Origin: Calditrichaceae bacterium | GTDB lineage: Bacteria; Calditrichota; Calditrichia; Calditrichales; JBFXGD01 | Assembly: GCA_050173015.1 (NCBI GenBank) | Contig: JBFXLE010000001.1 | Span: 32,001 to 96,000 of the forward strand | Direction: 5' to 3' | DNA length: 64,000 nt | Shown: positions 1 to 9,444 of the stretch, in pieces | Layout: each line of letters begins with the position of its first letter | Numbering within the stretch: the first letter of the stretch is position 1 | Notes under the pieces: generated by a model | What the model was told of the DNA's origin: nothing | The model's database searches: none | Seen by the model: only the letters and a program-made list of their open reading frames with translations | Position numbers and translations under genes: made by a program

Positions 1-1301
1 ATCTGAGCGTAATTGAGAATTAACTTGCGATCCCTGGTACGAATCGTTGTATAGATTAACTGATATAACAGCCGGATGTACCACCTTAACGATTCATCAT
101 CCATGTCTTTATATGGCAGAAAACGGTCTTTGTTCGATGGTTCACGGATCAATCCGATCATCTCGTCAATCAAAGTATCACCGGCTTCAACCAGGAATGT
201 ATAGATGGTAAGATTTGGCCGTTGTACGACTCTGTTTAACGCCGCTTCATTGCGCAGCTGCCAGGTGTCAGTATGATTTTTCATGTTCTCGATCAAAAAA
301 AGCAACCTTCTCTTTAAATCATAGCGGGGAGTAGGCCTCCAATCCAGTTCTTTAAATGTGGCATCGGAATTTACTTCCAGTTTTTTGTCAATATATTTTG
401 CCATCCACAACCTTTCAAAAGGTTCATGACCGGTAAGTCGGCCGATAAGTTGCCGAACGGCCATTCCGGGTACCGCGAGAAGTTTTGGCATCGAAAGAGC
501 TTTAACACTCTGCCCGAAATAATATTGAGTTGACGCCTTAAAAAGATCAAGGTGCGATGTGGTATGACCGGGACTGGCATTAAAGGTACAGATTCTCGGT
601 AATTCATCACTTAATTTAAACAGACGCATAAAAATTTTAATCAAATCATTTATATGAATATAAGTGACGGCTGACTCTCCATGGCCTCCGAGAATACGCG
701 CGTTCCATTTTTTTGATAGCCAGGTGCTCAGAAACACATAAAGAGGCGGATATTCGCACCAGTCGCTGTAAACCGCGGCCATCCTGACGATTGTCGAAGG
801 GAACCATCCCGCGTGATCATGGATCATCTTCTCACCCATTCTTTTGCTCCACGCGTAAGGGAAGCGGGCTGAAGGTGGGGTCGTTTCCGTCACCGCGGTA
901 CCCGGTGCCGGGAATTCACAGGCGGCGAGAGAACTGGCGAAAATGAACCGTCGAACACCCAATAATTTCGCCAGCTTTAAAATATGACGTGTTCCGTTTA
1001 CGTTTGTCCGTTCGTACTCAGGATTCTCCATATTGCTGAAATCATAGTATCCCGCCAGATGCAGAACAAAATCAGCGCCGCCATGGGACTTGATGCAGCG
1101 TACCACATCGCGAAGGCCATCCCAGTCGGCGATATCCACCTGGGACCAGCGCAAATTTTCATAAGCCGGTATTCCGGCCTCTTTTTGAGAACGTCTCGCC
1201 AAACAGAACAGTCTGTATTTTCCGGCCGCGGCTTCAAGAAAATGCCGTCCGACAAATCCCGACGCGCCGGTTACTACGATACCAGGTAATTTTTTATCCA
1301 T
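1..1301 (-). CDS. NAD(P)-dependent epimerase/dehydratase (extended SDR), 3' end runs off the window
   Basis: Not in the ORF track because there is no stop in the window. ATG at 1301 reads MDKKLPGIVVTGASGFVGRHF (Rossmann TGxxGxxG), later HLAAYYDF, FIFASS and YAWSK (YxxxK). Confidence 0.85.
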   Translation of the reverse strand, partial: MDKKLPGIVVTGASGFVGRHFLEAAAGKYRLFCLARRSQKEAGIPAYENLRWSQVDIADWDGLRDVVRCIKSHGGADFVLHLAGYYDFSNMENPEYERTNVNGTRHILKLAKLLGVRRFIFASSLAACEFPAPGTAVTETTPPSARFPYAWSKRMGEKMIHDHAGWFPSTIVRMAAVYSDWCEYPPLYVFLSTWLSKKWNARILGGHGESAVTYIHINDLIKIFMRLFKLSDELPRICTFNASPGHTTSHLDLFKASTQYYFGQSVKALSMPKLLAVPGMAVRQLIGRLTGHEPFERLWMAKYIDKKLEVNSDATFKELDWRPTPRYDLKRRLLFLIENMKNHTDTWQLRNEAALNRVVQRPNLTIYTFLVEAGDTLIDEMIGLIREPSNKDRFLPYKDMDDESLRWYIRLLYQLIYTTIRTRDRKLILNYAQ

Positions 1302-1339
1302 TTCTTGTCTCTATAGTTTAGATACTCATCTGAATATTG

Positions 1340-1780
1340 TCACGAATTAGTCAGGTTCGGTGATATGGTCGCGTCATTGCTGCGATTGTGATCATTGATC
1401 CAGCCGATATAAGTCACATAGATTAACAGGCACATAATACCGTCACCGATGCCTGATAGCAGAACCATCCATATTGACTCAATTACAAAAAAGTAAATCA
1501 ATAGAAAAACGGTTGCCGCCGCTTTGACGCCGATGGAGAAAATGACCAGCGCCCTGTTTTTTTGGAGATTTCCGGCAGCCATGGCATAGGCAAAGGCCAT
1601 TACGATGTGAAAAACACCGCCCTGGGCCGGGAAAAAATGCTCACCGCAGGACTTAAATCCGAACAATTTCATGATGACCGGTGGCTGCATAATCAATCCC
1701 AGACCAACCATAAATGAATGCAAAGCAATCGCCCATAACACTAACGATAAACGTGATTCCGCGTTTTTAAAGAGTTTCAT
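1340..1780 (-). CDS. small integral membrane protein, unknown function
   Basis: 146 aa with about four hydrophobic segments; co-oriented at the end of the rnf operon. Confidence 0.75.
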   Translation of the reverse strand: MKLFKNAESRLSLVLWAIALHSFMVGLGLIMQPPVIMKLFGFKSCGEHFFPAQGGVFHIVMAFAYAMAAGNLQKNRALVIFSIGVKAAATVFLLIYFFVIESIWMVLLSGIGDGIMCLLIYVTYIGWINDHNRSNDATISPNLTNS

Positions 1781-1810
1781 AATCGAATTGTTTACTTTCT
1801 TTAAATGATA

Positions 1811-3892
1811 TTAAACAACCGCCTCTTCCTTTACCGATTCTTCCTCATCCTGATCATAACAATAGATACCGCAATTTAAACATCGTGTAGCCTCGTAGCG
1901 GGCATCCTCTTCATCAATGGTTCCCTCCACTTCCTTAAACGTTCCCAGTCGGTCTTCCAGCGTGACCACAGGTTCATACACACGCGGTTTTGTTTCAACA
2001 CCGGTAATCGATTTCTGCAATGACTCGGGGATAAAGTCTTTCTGCCTGTCCTGGATTGGCGGAATTTTACCATCTGTCATGTAAAAATGAATGGAACGGG
2101 CGGCATATCGTCCCGCCGCGATCGCTTCCACCACAAGACCGGGTCCGGTAAAGCAATCCCCACCCGTGAACACATAGGGTATATCTGTCTGTAATGTCGA
2201 TTCTTCCGCCTCAATCGTATCCCAATGCGTGAAGTTTATCATTTTCAGCGCGGGGTCATTCTTCAGCAACTCTATATCAGGTTTTTGCCCGACGGCTTCG
2301 ATGATCATATCACAGGCAACAAGCTCTTCTGAGCCATCAATGGGGACCGGACGGCGTCTTCCACCGGGATCGGGTTCGCCGAGTTCCATTTGTGTTATCT
2401 CCAGCGCTTCCACGGAGCCGTTTTGAGTAATAATCCGGTTTGGTGAAGATAAAAATCTGATAGAGATGCCTTCCTCTTCGGCGGCTACGATTTCCGCCGG
2501 ATTTGCCGGCATTTCATTCCGCGAACGCCGGTAAACGATGGTTACATTCTCAGCGCCCAGTCGTTTGCTGCTTCTGGCGGCGTCGATGGCCGTATTGCCT
2601 CCTCCGATGATGATCACCTGTTTGCCTATTGAGAGATTCTCACCATTTTGAAACTTTTCCAAAAATTTAATTCCGCTGATCACACCCTTCGCGTCATGTC
2701 CTTCAATATTCAGCTGATGTTCGCCCCAGGCGCCAACCGCCACAAAAACGGAATCAAATTTTTGATTGCGTATATCTTCCATTTTAATATCGACGCCAAA
2801 TTCAACGCCGGTTTTGACTTCAATACCTAACTTCAAAATACCTTCGATTTCCCAGTCCAGAATTTTTTTCGGCAGCCTGTATTCCGGGATGCCGTAACGA
2901 AGCATACCGCCCAGTTTGTCCATTTTCTCAAAAATGACCACCTGATGTCCCAGTCTGCGCAGATAATAGGCCGCTGAAAGCCCACCCGGTCCGCTACCGA
3001 TCACGGCCACTCTTTTTTGTGTATCCGGCGCGACCGGAATGGTCAGCCGGCGGCCGGAATCCATTTCCCAATCGGCCACAAAGCGTTTTAAATAATTTAT
3101 CGCCACGGGTTCATCTTTTATCTGACGACGGCAGGCCAGGGCGCAGGGCTCCGGACAAACACGTCCGCAGGTCAGCGGAAGTGGGTTATGCTCCTTAATC
3201 GTCAGAAGGGCCTCGGCATATTTACCCTCTTTGATATAATGAATATATTTTGGGATGTCGATCTGCGCGGGACATTTTTGACGGCAGGGCGCCAGACATT
3301 CCGTGTATTGATTCCAGTGCAGGATTTTTGTTTTTTCGGAGATCAATGCGATAATTCCCTTGGGACAGGCCCGGACACATTCACCGCATCCCACACAACG
3401 GTCAGGATTAAAATGCGGCAATCCGTCATCACCCATGGTAATCGCGTTAAATTTGCATGCTTTTACACATGTGCCCAGGCCAATACATCCGTGGTCGCAA
3501 TACCGGGGACCGCGGTAATAAAGCATGGCGGCCCGACAGTCGTCAAAACCCAGATAATCATATTTTGTAAGAGCCCTGTTTCCGCCCCGGCAATCCGGAT
3601 TAGCGATATGAGGCTCACTTTCCATAACGGACATACCCAGGTAAGCGGCGATTTGATTTGCGACTTCCGTCTGTCCGACCACACAGGCATTGACCTGCGC
3701 TTCTCCTTTTACAATCGCCTCGGCGCAGGCGCTGCAGCCGGCGAAGCCGCAACCGCCGCAATTGGCGCCCGGTAAAATATTTAAAACCCCCTGGATCCGC
3801 GGATCATCCTTTACATAAAAGATGTGACTGGCGACTCCAAGACAGAGAGCGGCAATCAGGCCGATCCCGGATAATACCCATACTGATAACAT
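1811..3892 (-). CDS. rnfB: RnfB fused to a GltD/NfnB-like FAD/NAD(P)H oxidoreductase
   Basis: N-terminal TM + LPGANCGGCGFAGC (RnfB FeS domain) and ferredoxin motifs. These are followed by APCRQKCP, CGRVCPEPCALAC, IGSGPGGL, GGMLRYGIP, GGGNTAIDAAR and YRRS, with C-terminal EATRCLNC. Confidence 0.92.
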   Translation of the reverse strand: MLSVWVLSGIGLIAALCLGVASHIFYVKDDPRIQGVLNILPGANCGGCGFAGCSACAEAIVKGEAQVNACVVGQTEVANQIAAYLGMSVMESEPHIANPDCRGGNRALTKYDYLGFDDCRAAMLYYRGPRYCDHGCIGLGTCVKACKFNAITMGDDGLPHFNPDRCVGCGECVRACPKGIIALISEKTKILHWNQYTECLAPCRQKCPAQIDIPKYIHYIKEGKYAEALLTIKEHNPLPLTCGRVCPEPCALACRRQIKDEPVAINYLKRFVADWEMDSGRRLTIPVAPDTQKRVAVIGSGPGGLSAAYYLRRLGHQVVIFEKMDKLGGMLRYGIPEYRLPKKILDWEIEGILKLGIEVKTGVEFGVDIKMEDIRNQKFDSVFVAVGAWGEHQLNIEGHDAKGVISGIKFLEKFQNGENLSIGKQVIIIGGGNTAIDAARSSKRLGAENVTIVYRRSRNEMPANPAEIVAAEEEGISIRFLSSPNRIITQNGSVEALEITQMELGEPDPGGRRRPVPIDGSEELVACDMIIEAVGQKPDIELLKNDPALKMINFTHWDTIEAEESTLQTDIPYVFTGGDCFTGPGLVVEAIAAGRYAARSIHFYMTDGKIPPIQDRQKDFIPESLQKSITGVETKPRVYEPVVTLEDRLGTFKEVEGTIDEEDARYEATRCLNCGIYCYDQDEEESVKEEAVV

Positions 3893-3921
3893 AATCGTTC
3901 CCGGAAGTGTATTCGTTTAAT

Positions 3922-4497
3922 TTATGTTGCCATCCCGGAGAATCCGAGAAATGCCAACGACATTATACCTGCCGTAACCAGAGCGGCAGCGGTACCCTGC
4001 ATTGCTTTAGGCAGTGGTGAAATCAGAAGCCTTTCACGTAAACCGGCGAATAAAATGAGCGCCAGAGAAAAGCCAACCGAACTGGCCAGTGAGAATATCA
4101 CCATCTGCCAGAATCCAAATTCATGTTTGATATTTAAGAGAGCTATACCCATCACGGCGCAATTTGTTGTAATCAATGGTAAATAGATTCCCATGGCGTT
4201 GTAAATCGCTCTGCTTTGTTTTTTTAGGAATATTTCAACCAGTTGAACCAGAGCGGCAATAACCAGAATAAACACCAGCGTTTGTATGTATTCTAGTTTA
4301 AACGGGTGTAGTATATAATGGTAAATAGTCCAGGTAAAAATTGAAGCTAAAACGGCCACAAATATTACCGCGGCTCCCATACCCAGGGAAGTGGTCAGTT
4401 TTTTTGATACGCCGCAAAACGGGCAGTTTCCCAGATACTGGGCAAGCAGAATATTATTTACAAAAATCGCGCTAATTGCTAATAGTAAAAGATCCAT
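3922..4497 (-). CDS. rnfA: Rnf complex subunit A
   Basis: NNILLAQYLGNCPF and GIYLPLITTNCAVMG motifs; start moved to MDLLLL (4497) to avoid overlap with rnfE. Confidence 0.93.
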   Translation of the reverse strand: MDLLLLAISAIFVNNILLAQYLGNCPFCGVSKKLTTSLGMGAAVIFVAVLASIFTWTIYHYILHPFKLEYIQTLVFILVIAALVQLVEIFLKKQSRAIYNAMGIYLPLITTNCAVMGIALLNIKHEFGFWQMVIFSLASSVGFSLALILFAGLRERLLISPLPKAMQGTAAALVTAGIMSLAFLGFSGMAT

Positions 4498-4505
4498 TCC
4501 CGCTC

Positions 4506-5132
4506 CTAAGCTTGAATAAAAGTCTCGCCGCGTTTTCTGCTCCAGGCGTTCATCAGGCCAAGAAGTATCCCAAGGCAAATGAAAGCGCCGGGCGCTTTTA
4601 CCATAAATTCAAACGGTTCAAAGGATTTCCAGACCACATTTATCCCGAAAAATGTACCCGCGCCAAATAATTCACGTATTATTCCTACCGTCGTCAGAGA
4701 AATCGTATATCCCAGGCCGATACTAAATCCGTCCGCCAAGGACAGGTAAACAGGGTTTCTGGAGGCAAAGGCTTCGGCCCGGCCCAATATGATGCAATTC
4801 ACAACGATGAGAGGGATAAATATCCCGAGTTGCTGCGACAGGGAAAAGAAATACGCTTTCATGATCATTTCGACAATGACCACCATTGTCGCGATGATAA
4901 CAATGTAACCTGCTATTCGAACTTTACCAGGTATAAAATGTCTCAGCGATGATATGGCCATATTGCTGAAAATCAGTACGAAGGTGGCCGCCAGTCCCAT
5001 GCCTAACCCGTTCTCCGCGCTTGCGGTCACGGCAAGAGCCGGACACAGGCCCAGTACGAGTCTGAATGGCGGCAAATCCTTCCAGAATCCATGAACAAGG
5101 GTTTTTAGAAATTTTTGTTGATTAGCGGTCAT
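4506..5132 (-). CDS. rnfE: Rnf complex subunit E
   Basis: LGLCPALAVT and LGIFIPLIVVNCIILGRAEAFA motifs. Confidence 0.95.
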   Translation of the reverse strand: MTANQQKFLKTLVHGFWKDLPPFRLVLGLCPALAVTASAENGLGMGLAATFVLIFSNMAISSLRHFIPGKVRIAGYIVIIATMVVIVEMIMKAYFFSLSQQLGIFIPLIVVNCIILGRAEAFASRNPVYLSLADGFSIGLGYTISLTTVGIIRELFGAGTFFGINVVWKSFEPFEFMVKAPGAFICLGILLGLMNAWSRKRGETFIQA

Positions 5133-5740
5133 TTTATTTCTCCGGATCTTGCCTGTTGTTGGGAAATCTTATCCATAATTTCCGATTTCTTCTCTTTGTA
5201 AAGATTTATGATTGAATTTGAACCGTTGATCATCGCCGATGAAGAATAAGTAGCGCCCGAAATACCGTCAACCTGGCCACCGGCCGATTTTAAATTAATT
5301 GAATTGACGGCGGATAAGTTGTTCCACTGTTTTTTGAAAGAGGATTTTTCGATCTGAGAACCAACTCCGGGTGTCTCAGAATGGTTGATAATTTCTACAC
5401 CAAGCAGTTTATCTGAATCAAGATCAATACCCAGCATCAGTACAATATTTCCGCCATATCCGCCTTTGCCCATGTCCTCGATCGCCAGCTTCGTTGTTTT
5501 ACCGTTGGCGCCGCTGAAAAATATCGGATATTGATGATCTTCCCAGTTGAATATTATCTTATTTTTCAGCAACTGATCCGCCGGTTTTTGCATAAGGGCG
5601 GAAAGCGCGGGTCCACGCACATACAGATCGTTTTGCATTTCTATCTTGGGGGCAAGATTGTTCCTGACCGCCTCGAGCGTTCCGGCTGACACGCCACATA
5701 TCAGCGTCAAAATCACAGCTAATTTTAACACTTCACGCAT
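5129..5740 (-). CDS. rnfG: Rnf complex subunit G (FMN-binding)
   Basis: N-terminal TM, GYGG, HSETPGVG and the VDGISGATYSS FMNylation motif. Confidence 0.93.
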   Translation of the reverse strand: MREVLKLAVILTLICGVSAGTLEAVRNNLAPKIEMQNDLYVRGPALSALMQKPADQLLKNKIIFNWEDHQYPIFFSGANGKTTKLAIEDMGKGGYGGNIVLMLGIDLDSDKLLGVEIINHSETPGVGSQIEKSSFKKQWNNLSAVNSINLKSAGGQVDGISGATYSSSAMINGSNSIINLYKEKKSEIMDKISQQQARSGEIK

Positions 5741-6701
5741 GCTTTTCTACCTCCAGGCCAATCACTGCCGGTGTGATTTTATCAAGCAGCGGATTGCAGA
5801 GATTCATCAGCAGAATCGTAAATGCAACCCCGTCATGAAAAATTGAAAACGCGCGGATCAACACCAATAGCAATCCGCCTAATAAGCCGTATAACAACAT
5901 TGGTATTGGATTGACCGGAGACGTTGTGGATTCGGTTGCCAGAAAAAAAGCGGCAAAGATGGCGCTTCCCGATAAAATCTGAAAAAGGGGAGCCGCGAAT
6001 TGTGCCGGATTCAATCCGTGTAACAGCGCGCTATTTATCAAAACCCCCGCAAGAAATGAAACGGGAATGTGCCAGGTGATTTGTCTGGTCATTATCAGAA
6101 AAATTCCACCGGCAAGCAGCCACACGACCATGGCATTGCCCGTCCCCGCTACCTGATTCCCAAGGAAAAGATCACGGTATGAAAATAACGATTCAGCTCC
6201 CGTTCCCAGGGTTTTTACCAGCCGCATAGGTTCGATCATTTTTACGCCCCAGTCGGTTCCGATAAGTGAAGAAGTATAATCAAAGCGGGCGGGCCAGGAG
6301 ACCTGCATCATGGCAAAAGCCAGTAAAACGGGATGGACCGGGTAGCCGCCAAGTCCGCCGAACAACCGCTTGCCTCCAATCATGATGAAACAACCCGTCA
6401 AAATCATCCACCAGGTCGCGTTATGCGGCATCAAAAGCGCCAACAGAACCGCGAAAGTGACCGGATTCCAATTGGCGCTTTCATCCTTGGAAGGAAAAAA
6501 TTTGCTGAAAATCGCGTCTATGGTAACCGAAAACGCGATACACAACGCGAATACTGATAGTACGCTATCCCCTGATTTGAGCAGACTCGCGATTACTGCC
6601 GGAAGCATCGCCAGCAGCCATAAAATCTGCATTGTGAAAATCGAGCTCCCATCTCTCCAATGGGGATTTGCTGCTACATTCAACTTGTTGGACATATTCA
6701 T
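5733..6701 (-). CDS. rnfD: Rnf complex subunit D
   Basis: ANPHWR, KRLFGGLGGYPVHP and AAFFLATESTTSP motifs in a multi-TM protein; start uncertain (6713 TTG, 6701 or 6695 ATG). Confidence 0.9.
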   Translation of the reverse strand: MNMSNKLNVAANPHWRDGSSIFTMQILWLLAMLPAVIASLLKSGDSVLSVFALCIAFSVTIDAIFSKFFPSKDESANWNPVTFAVLLALLMPHNATWWMILTGCFIMIGGKRLFGGLGGYPVHPVLLAFAMMQVSWPARFDYTSSLIGTDWGVKMIEPMRLVKTLGTGAESLFSYRDLFLGNQVAGTGNAMVVWLLAGGIFLIMTRQITWHIPVSFLAGVLINSALLHGLNPAQFAAPLFQILSGSAIFAAFFLATESTTSPVNPIPMLLYGLLGGLLLVLIRAFSIFHDGVAFTILLMNLCNPLLDKITPAVIGLEVEKHA

Positions 6702-7986
6702 CCTGTTTTCCAATATATTTTTTAGTCATTTTTATAAGCTGTACCAGCGGCCGATGGGCGGGGCAGACATATCCGCACAAACCACACTCGTGACAAAGCT
6801 GCGGATTGAAATCCATCGCGTCGATGAACATATTATGTTCCGCGTACCGCCCGATTAAATGTACCTGCAAACGGGAAGGACAAACCCGTGTGCATCGGCC
6901 GCAGTTGATACAGGTTAGGTTTACTTCAAGGGGGATCTCCGATTCCTTCATCAGATACATTCCGTGGCTGGTTTTGGTTAACGGAGTCAGGTCGGTATAC
7001 ATCGCGATTCCCTTCATCGGCCCGCCTACAAGGATTCTCGAATAGTTTTGCGCGTTCAGATGCAGGTACTTCATTACATGCCGAAGAGTTGTTCCAATCG
7101 GAACCTTCAGAATAAACGGCCGGTCAATTTCAGTGCCGCTGATAGTCAAATATTTATCTACAAATGGAATTTCATTCTCCACCGCGTCAACCAGGTTGAG
7201 TAGATTTTCGCAGGATATCACCGCCACTCCGCGCGCCCGGTAAGGTTCAGTGTTTGCTATATCCGCGCCGCTCAGACGCGGAACAACCACTCGTTCTATT
7301 CTGTCCTTGTATTCCGACGATAAACCGGAAATATCAGCATATTTTCCGAAGGCGTCCCTGGCGAAAGATGTGAGATGATCCGGAACGGATAGAATGATTC
7401 GCCCGCGGGGAGCAAAATTCGCCAATTGCTGAAAACCGCGAATCAGTTTTTCACGTTCCATTTTTAGCAATGATTCACAGACAAAATGAGTCGGTTCTTC
7501 ATTTACTCCCTTAACAATGATGGTGTGCACTTCCGGAAAAGTATCTTCTTCTTCATGATGAAACTGGCCGGGAGTGGTCCAGGGAGAAATAATGCCGAGC
7601 GCTTTTAGCCTTTTTACGGTTGATAAAGTGCCGTAGTCCTGCTGAAATTGTTCTGAAATTTCTTCAGGTGTCAAAGCGGGTACATTGTTTCTCTGAATAA
7701 GAACCGTGGGAACATTAAAGATTCGGGCGGTCCAGACCGGCAGAATATCCCTTACAATGCCACTGATGGAACTATGAACGCAATGCCCCAGTTTTGACCT
7801 GCCGATCACCTGATATCTGCGGACCTGATCTCCGATACTGACAAGCGGTTTGTAAAATATCTGTCCGGGGTATTCCAGGGGGATAATGACATAAACAGGG
7901 TCCGCTAATTCCATTATTTCCGTCTGCCATTCCTCGCGGACCGGAACAGAACCAAGTGGTTTAATCAATTGCTTTATTCTTTTCAT
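6565..7986 (-). CDS. rnfC: Rnf complex subunit C, divergent
   Basis: N-terminal PLVSIGDQV...VHSSISGIV barrel-sandwich, SLBB-like VPIGT/GGPMKG, and two 4Fe-4S motifs (CINCGRCTRVCP, CHECGLCGYVCP); position upstream of rnfD. Confidence 0.88.
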   Translation of the reverse strand: MKRIKQLIKPLGSVPVREEWQTEIMELADPVYVIIPLEYPGQIFYKPLVSIGDQVRRYQVIGRSKLGHCVHSSISGIVRDILPVWTARIFNVPTVLIQRNNVPALTPEEISEQFQQDYGTLSTVKRLKALGIISPWTTPGQFHHEEEDTFPEVHTIIVKGVNEEPTHFVCESLLKMEREKLIRGFQQLANFAPRGRIILSVPDHLTSFARDAFGKYADISGLSSEYKDRIERVVVPRLSGADIANTEPYRARGVAVISCENLLNLVDAVENEIPFVDKYLTISGTEIDRPFILKVPIGTTLRHVMKYLHLNAQNYSRILVGGPMKGIAMYTDLTPLTKTSHGMYLMKESEIPLEVNLTCINCGRCTRVCPSRLQVHLIGRYAEHNMFIDAMDFNPQLCHECGLCGYVCPAHRPLVQLIKMTKKYIGKQDEYVQQVECSSKSPLERWELDFHNADFMAAGDASGSNRESAQIRG

Positions 7987-8035
7987 TAGATTAGTACTTT
8001 CTTTGTCTGATCAACCGGCGTCCTTTATTGCCGAA

Positions 8036-8662
8036 TTATTTCAAATGACAGGCCTGACAACGAACACTGCCGTCCGGTTCAAAAAAATAATTTTCATTTT
8101 CCAGCCGGTGACAATCATTACACTGCTGATGATAAACTCCTTCTGAACTTTGCGGATTATGGCATCCGGTACATTCGTGTCCTTCGATTTCACAAAATTC
8201 ATCATGGTTTAAGAGATCAGCGTTGTACTCAGGATCATCGTGGCATTTTAAACAGTCAACACCCTTGGTTTCTTCATCCTGATTCTTAGCATGACAGGCC
8301 TTACAATTCTGTGGATTCCTGGTCTCATCGATCTTATGGCAGGTGACGCATTGATGTGATTCCACCTGCTTTAAATCAGCGTGCGTAAAATATTCCGCTT
8401 CCATTTCATCATGACATTCATTACACTCTACACGTTCATCCGCGCTGAGAATTTCATGATGGCATCCGGCGCAATTTTCCACAGTTTGCTGATGTTGACT
8501 ATGTTCAAAAAGGACATCGCCCCCTTTATTATGCATAAAGAAACGATTCCCGGATGATGATTCGGCTGTTGATAAATACCCCATAAAGCCGACTATGAAA
8601 GCAAGGACCGTCAAAAGTATCAATACTAATAATTTTTTGTTTTTTAAGAAATTACCATTCAT
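8036..8662 (-). CDS. membrane-anchored multiheme (8 CxxCH) cytochrome c, cytochrome c3-like
   Basis: N-terminal hydrophobic helix, GDVLFEH, and eight heme motifs: CAGCH, CNECH, CVTCH, CKACH, CLKCH, CTGCH, CNDCH, CQACH. Confidence 0.92.
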   Translation of the reverse strand: MNGNFLKNKKLLVLILLTVLAFIVGFMGYLSTAESSSGNRFFMHNKGGDVLFEHSQHQQTVENCAGCHHEILSADERVECNECHDEMEAEYFTHADLKQVESHQCVTCHKIDETRNPQNCKACHAKNQDEETKGVDCLKCHDDPEYNADLLNHDEFCEIEGHECTGCHNPQSSEGVYHQQCNDCHRLENENYFFEPDGSVRCQACHLK

Positions 8663-9128
8663 CGCTGTCTTCTATCATAATTAATTTTTCATGTTCCGGT
8701 GAAAGCGCGTGCCAATGGCAGCTAATCTTTGTACAAATAAAGAAAGGCACTTTCAGAGTGGGGCTGCCGATCAGAAAACTTGCCGCGCTCGATTTGCATA
8801 TCGCGCATTTTCGGGTCGTGACCACTAAGGATTTATGACAATGCGGGCATCTAAAATCCTTCGCTTCTTCGGATTCGGTTAGTTTGATAGTTGTGAAATG
8901 TTCAAAGGAGTTCAAATATGGGCTTAGCGCTAATTGGCCTGTTTCACCGGTCAATCTGACCAGCTCGATATACAGCTTATTACCGATGGTAAGCTCTTTC
9001 AGGCAATGTGGACAGAATGAGTTTAAATAGGTTCCGCTTTTAATTTTGGTGCGTTCATTGTACTTGTGTGATTTCCAAAAAATATTCTGCCAGCTATCCT
9101 GTAAATCATCCTGCTTTTCCGACATCAT
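8652..9128 (-). CDS. Cys-rich hypothetical protein (multiple CxxC, metal-binding)
   Basis: FCPHC, RCPHC, CAIC and CTKISC motifs; first gene of the rnf operon; likely start MMSEK. Confidence 0.75.
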   Translation of the reverse strand: MMSEKQDDLQDSWQNIFWKSHKYNERTKIKSGTYLNSFCPHCLKELTIGNKLYIELVRLTGETGQLALSPYLNSFEHFTTIKLTESEEAKDFRCPHCHKSLVVTTRKCAICKSSAASFLIGSPTLKVPFFICTKISCHWHALSPEHEKLIMIEDSDEW

Positions 9129-9176
9129 GAAAGTGCCTTTCAAATTATTTTATGCCGACATTTTTTCCATAGAAAA

Positions 9177-9192
9177 GACAAATACAATGCCA
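9177..9192 (-). promoter_or_regulatory. putative sigma-54 (-24/-12) promoter of the rnf operon
   Basis: Minus strand TGGCATTGTATTTGTC (GG-N10-GT; consensus GG-N10-GC), about 50 bp upstream of the first gene; a sigma-54 activator gene is nearby. Confidence 0.6.
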
Positions 9193-9255
9193 GAACCCTA
9201 TTCCGTGTAACTGCATAAAAAACAATGTTTATAAGAATGGGTTTGACCGCTGCCT

Positions 9256-9303
9256 ATTGCAATAATGCAATTTGGAGTGTTTTAAGAGGTGCGTTTGTGC
9301 AAT
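9256..9303. promoter_or_regulatory. tandem palindromic enhancer sites (ATTGCA-N4-TGCAAT)
   Basis: ATTGCAATAATGCAAT (9256-9271) and degenerate GGTGCGTTTGTGCAAT (9288-9303). Confidence 0.65.
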
Positions 9304-9444
9304 GAACTAAAAAATGGAAGATCAAAGCGACGTCATCAATTGATGTTCATAATATTTTATCCGGAACAAAAAGCGAATCAGAAGCCGCCAAGACCGGAAG
9401 ATAAGGCAACAGGGAGGCGATCAGGAAAGGAATCCGTTTTGATT

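Noticed and set aside
371-1289. Small ORFs listed in the track (371-610, 984-1289, 998-1255)
   Set aside because: They are shadows of the real epimerase CDS (1301 to <1). The many other short antisense or out-of-frame ORFs inside long genes were dismissed for the same reason.
4498-4578. Longer rnfA N-terminus from the ORF track
   Set aside because: It overlaps rnfE; the family-typical start is at 4497.
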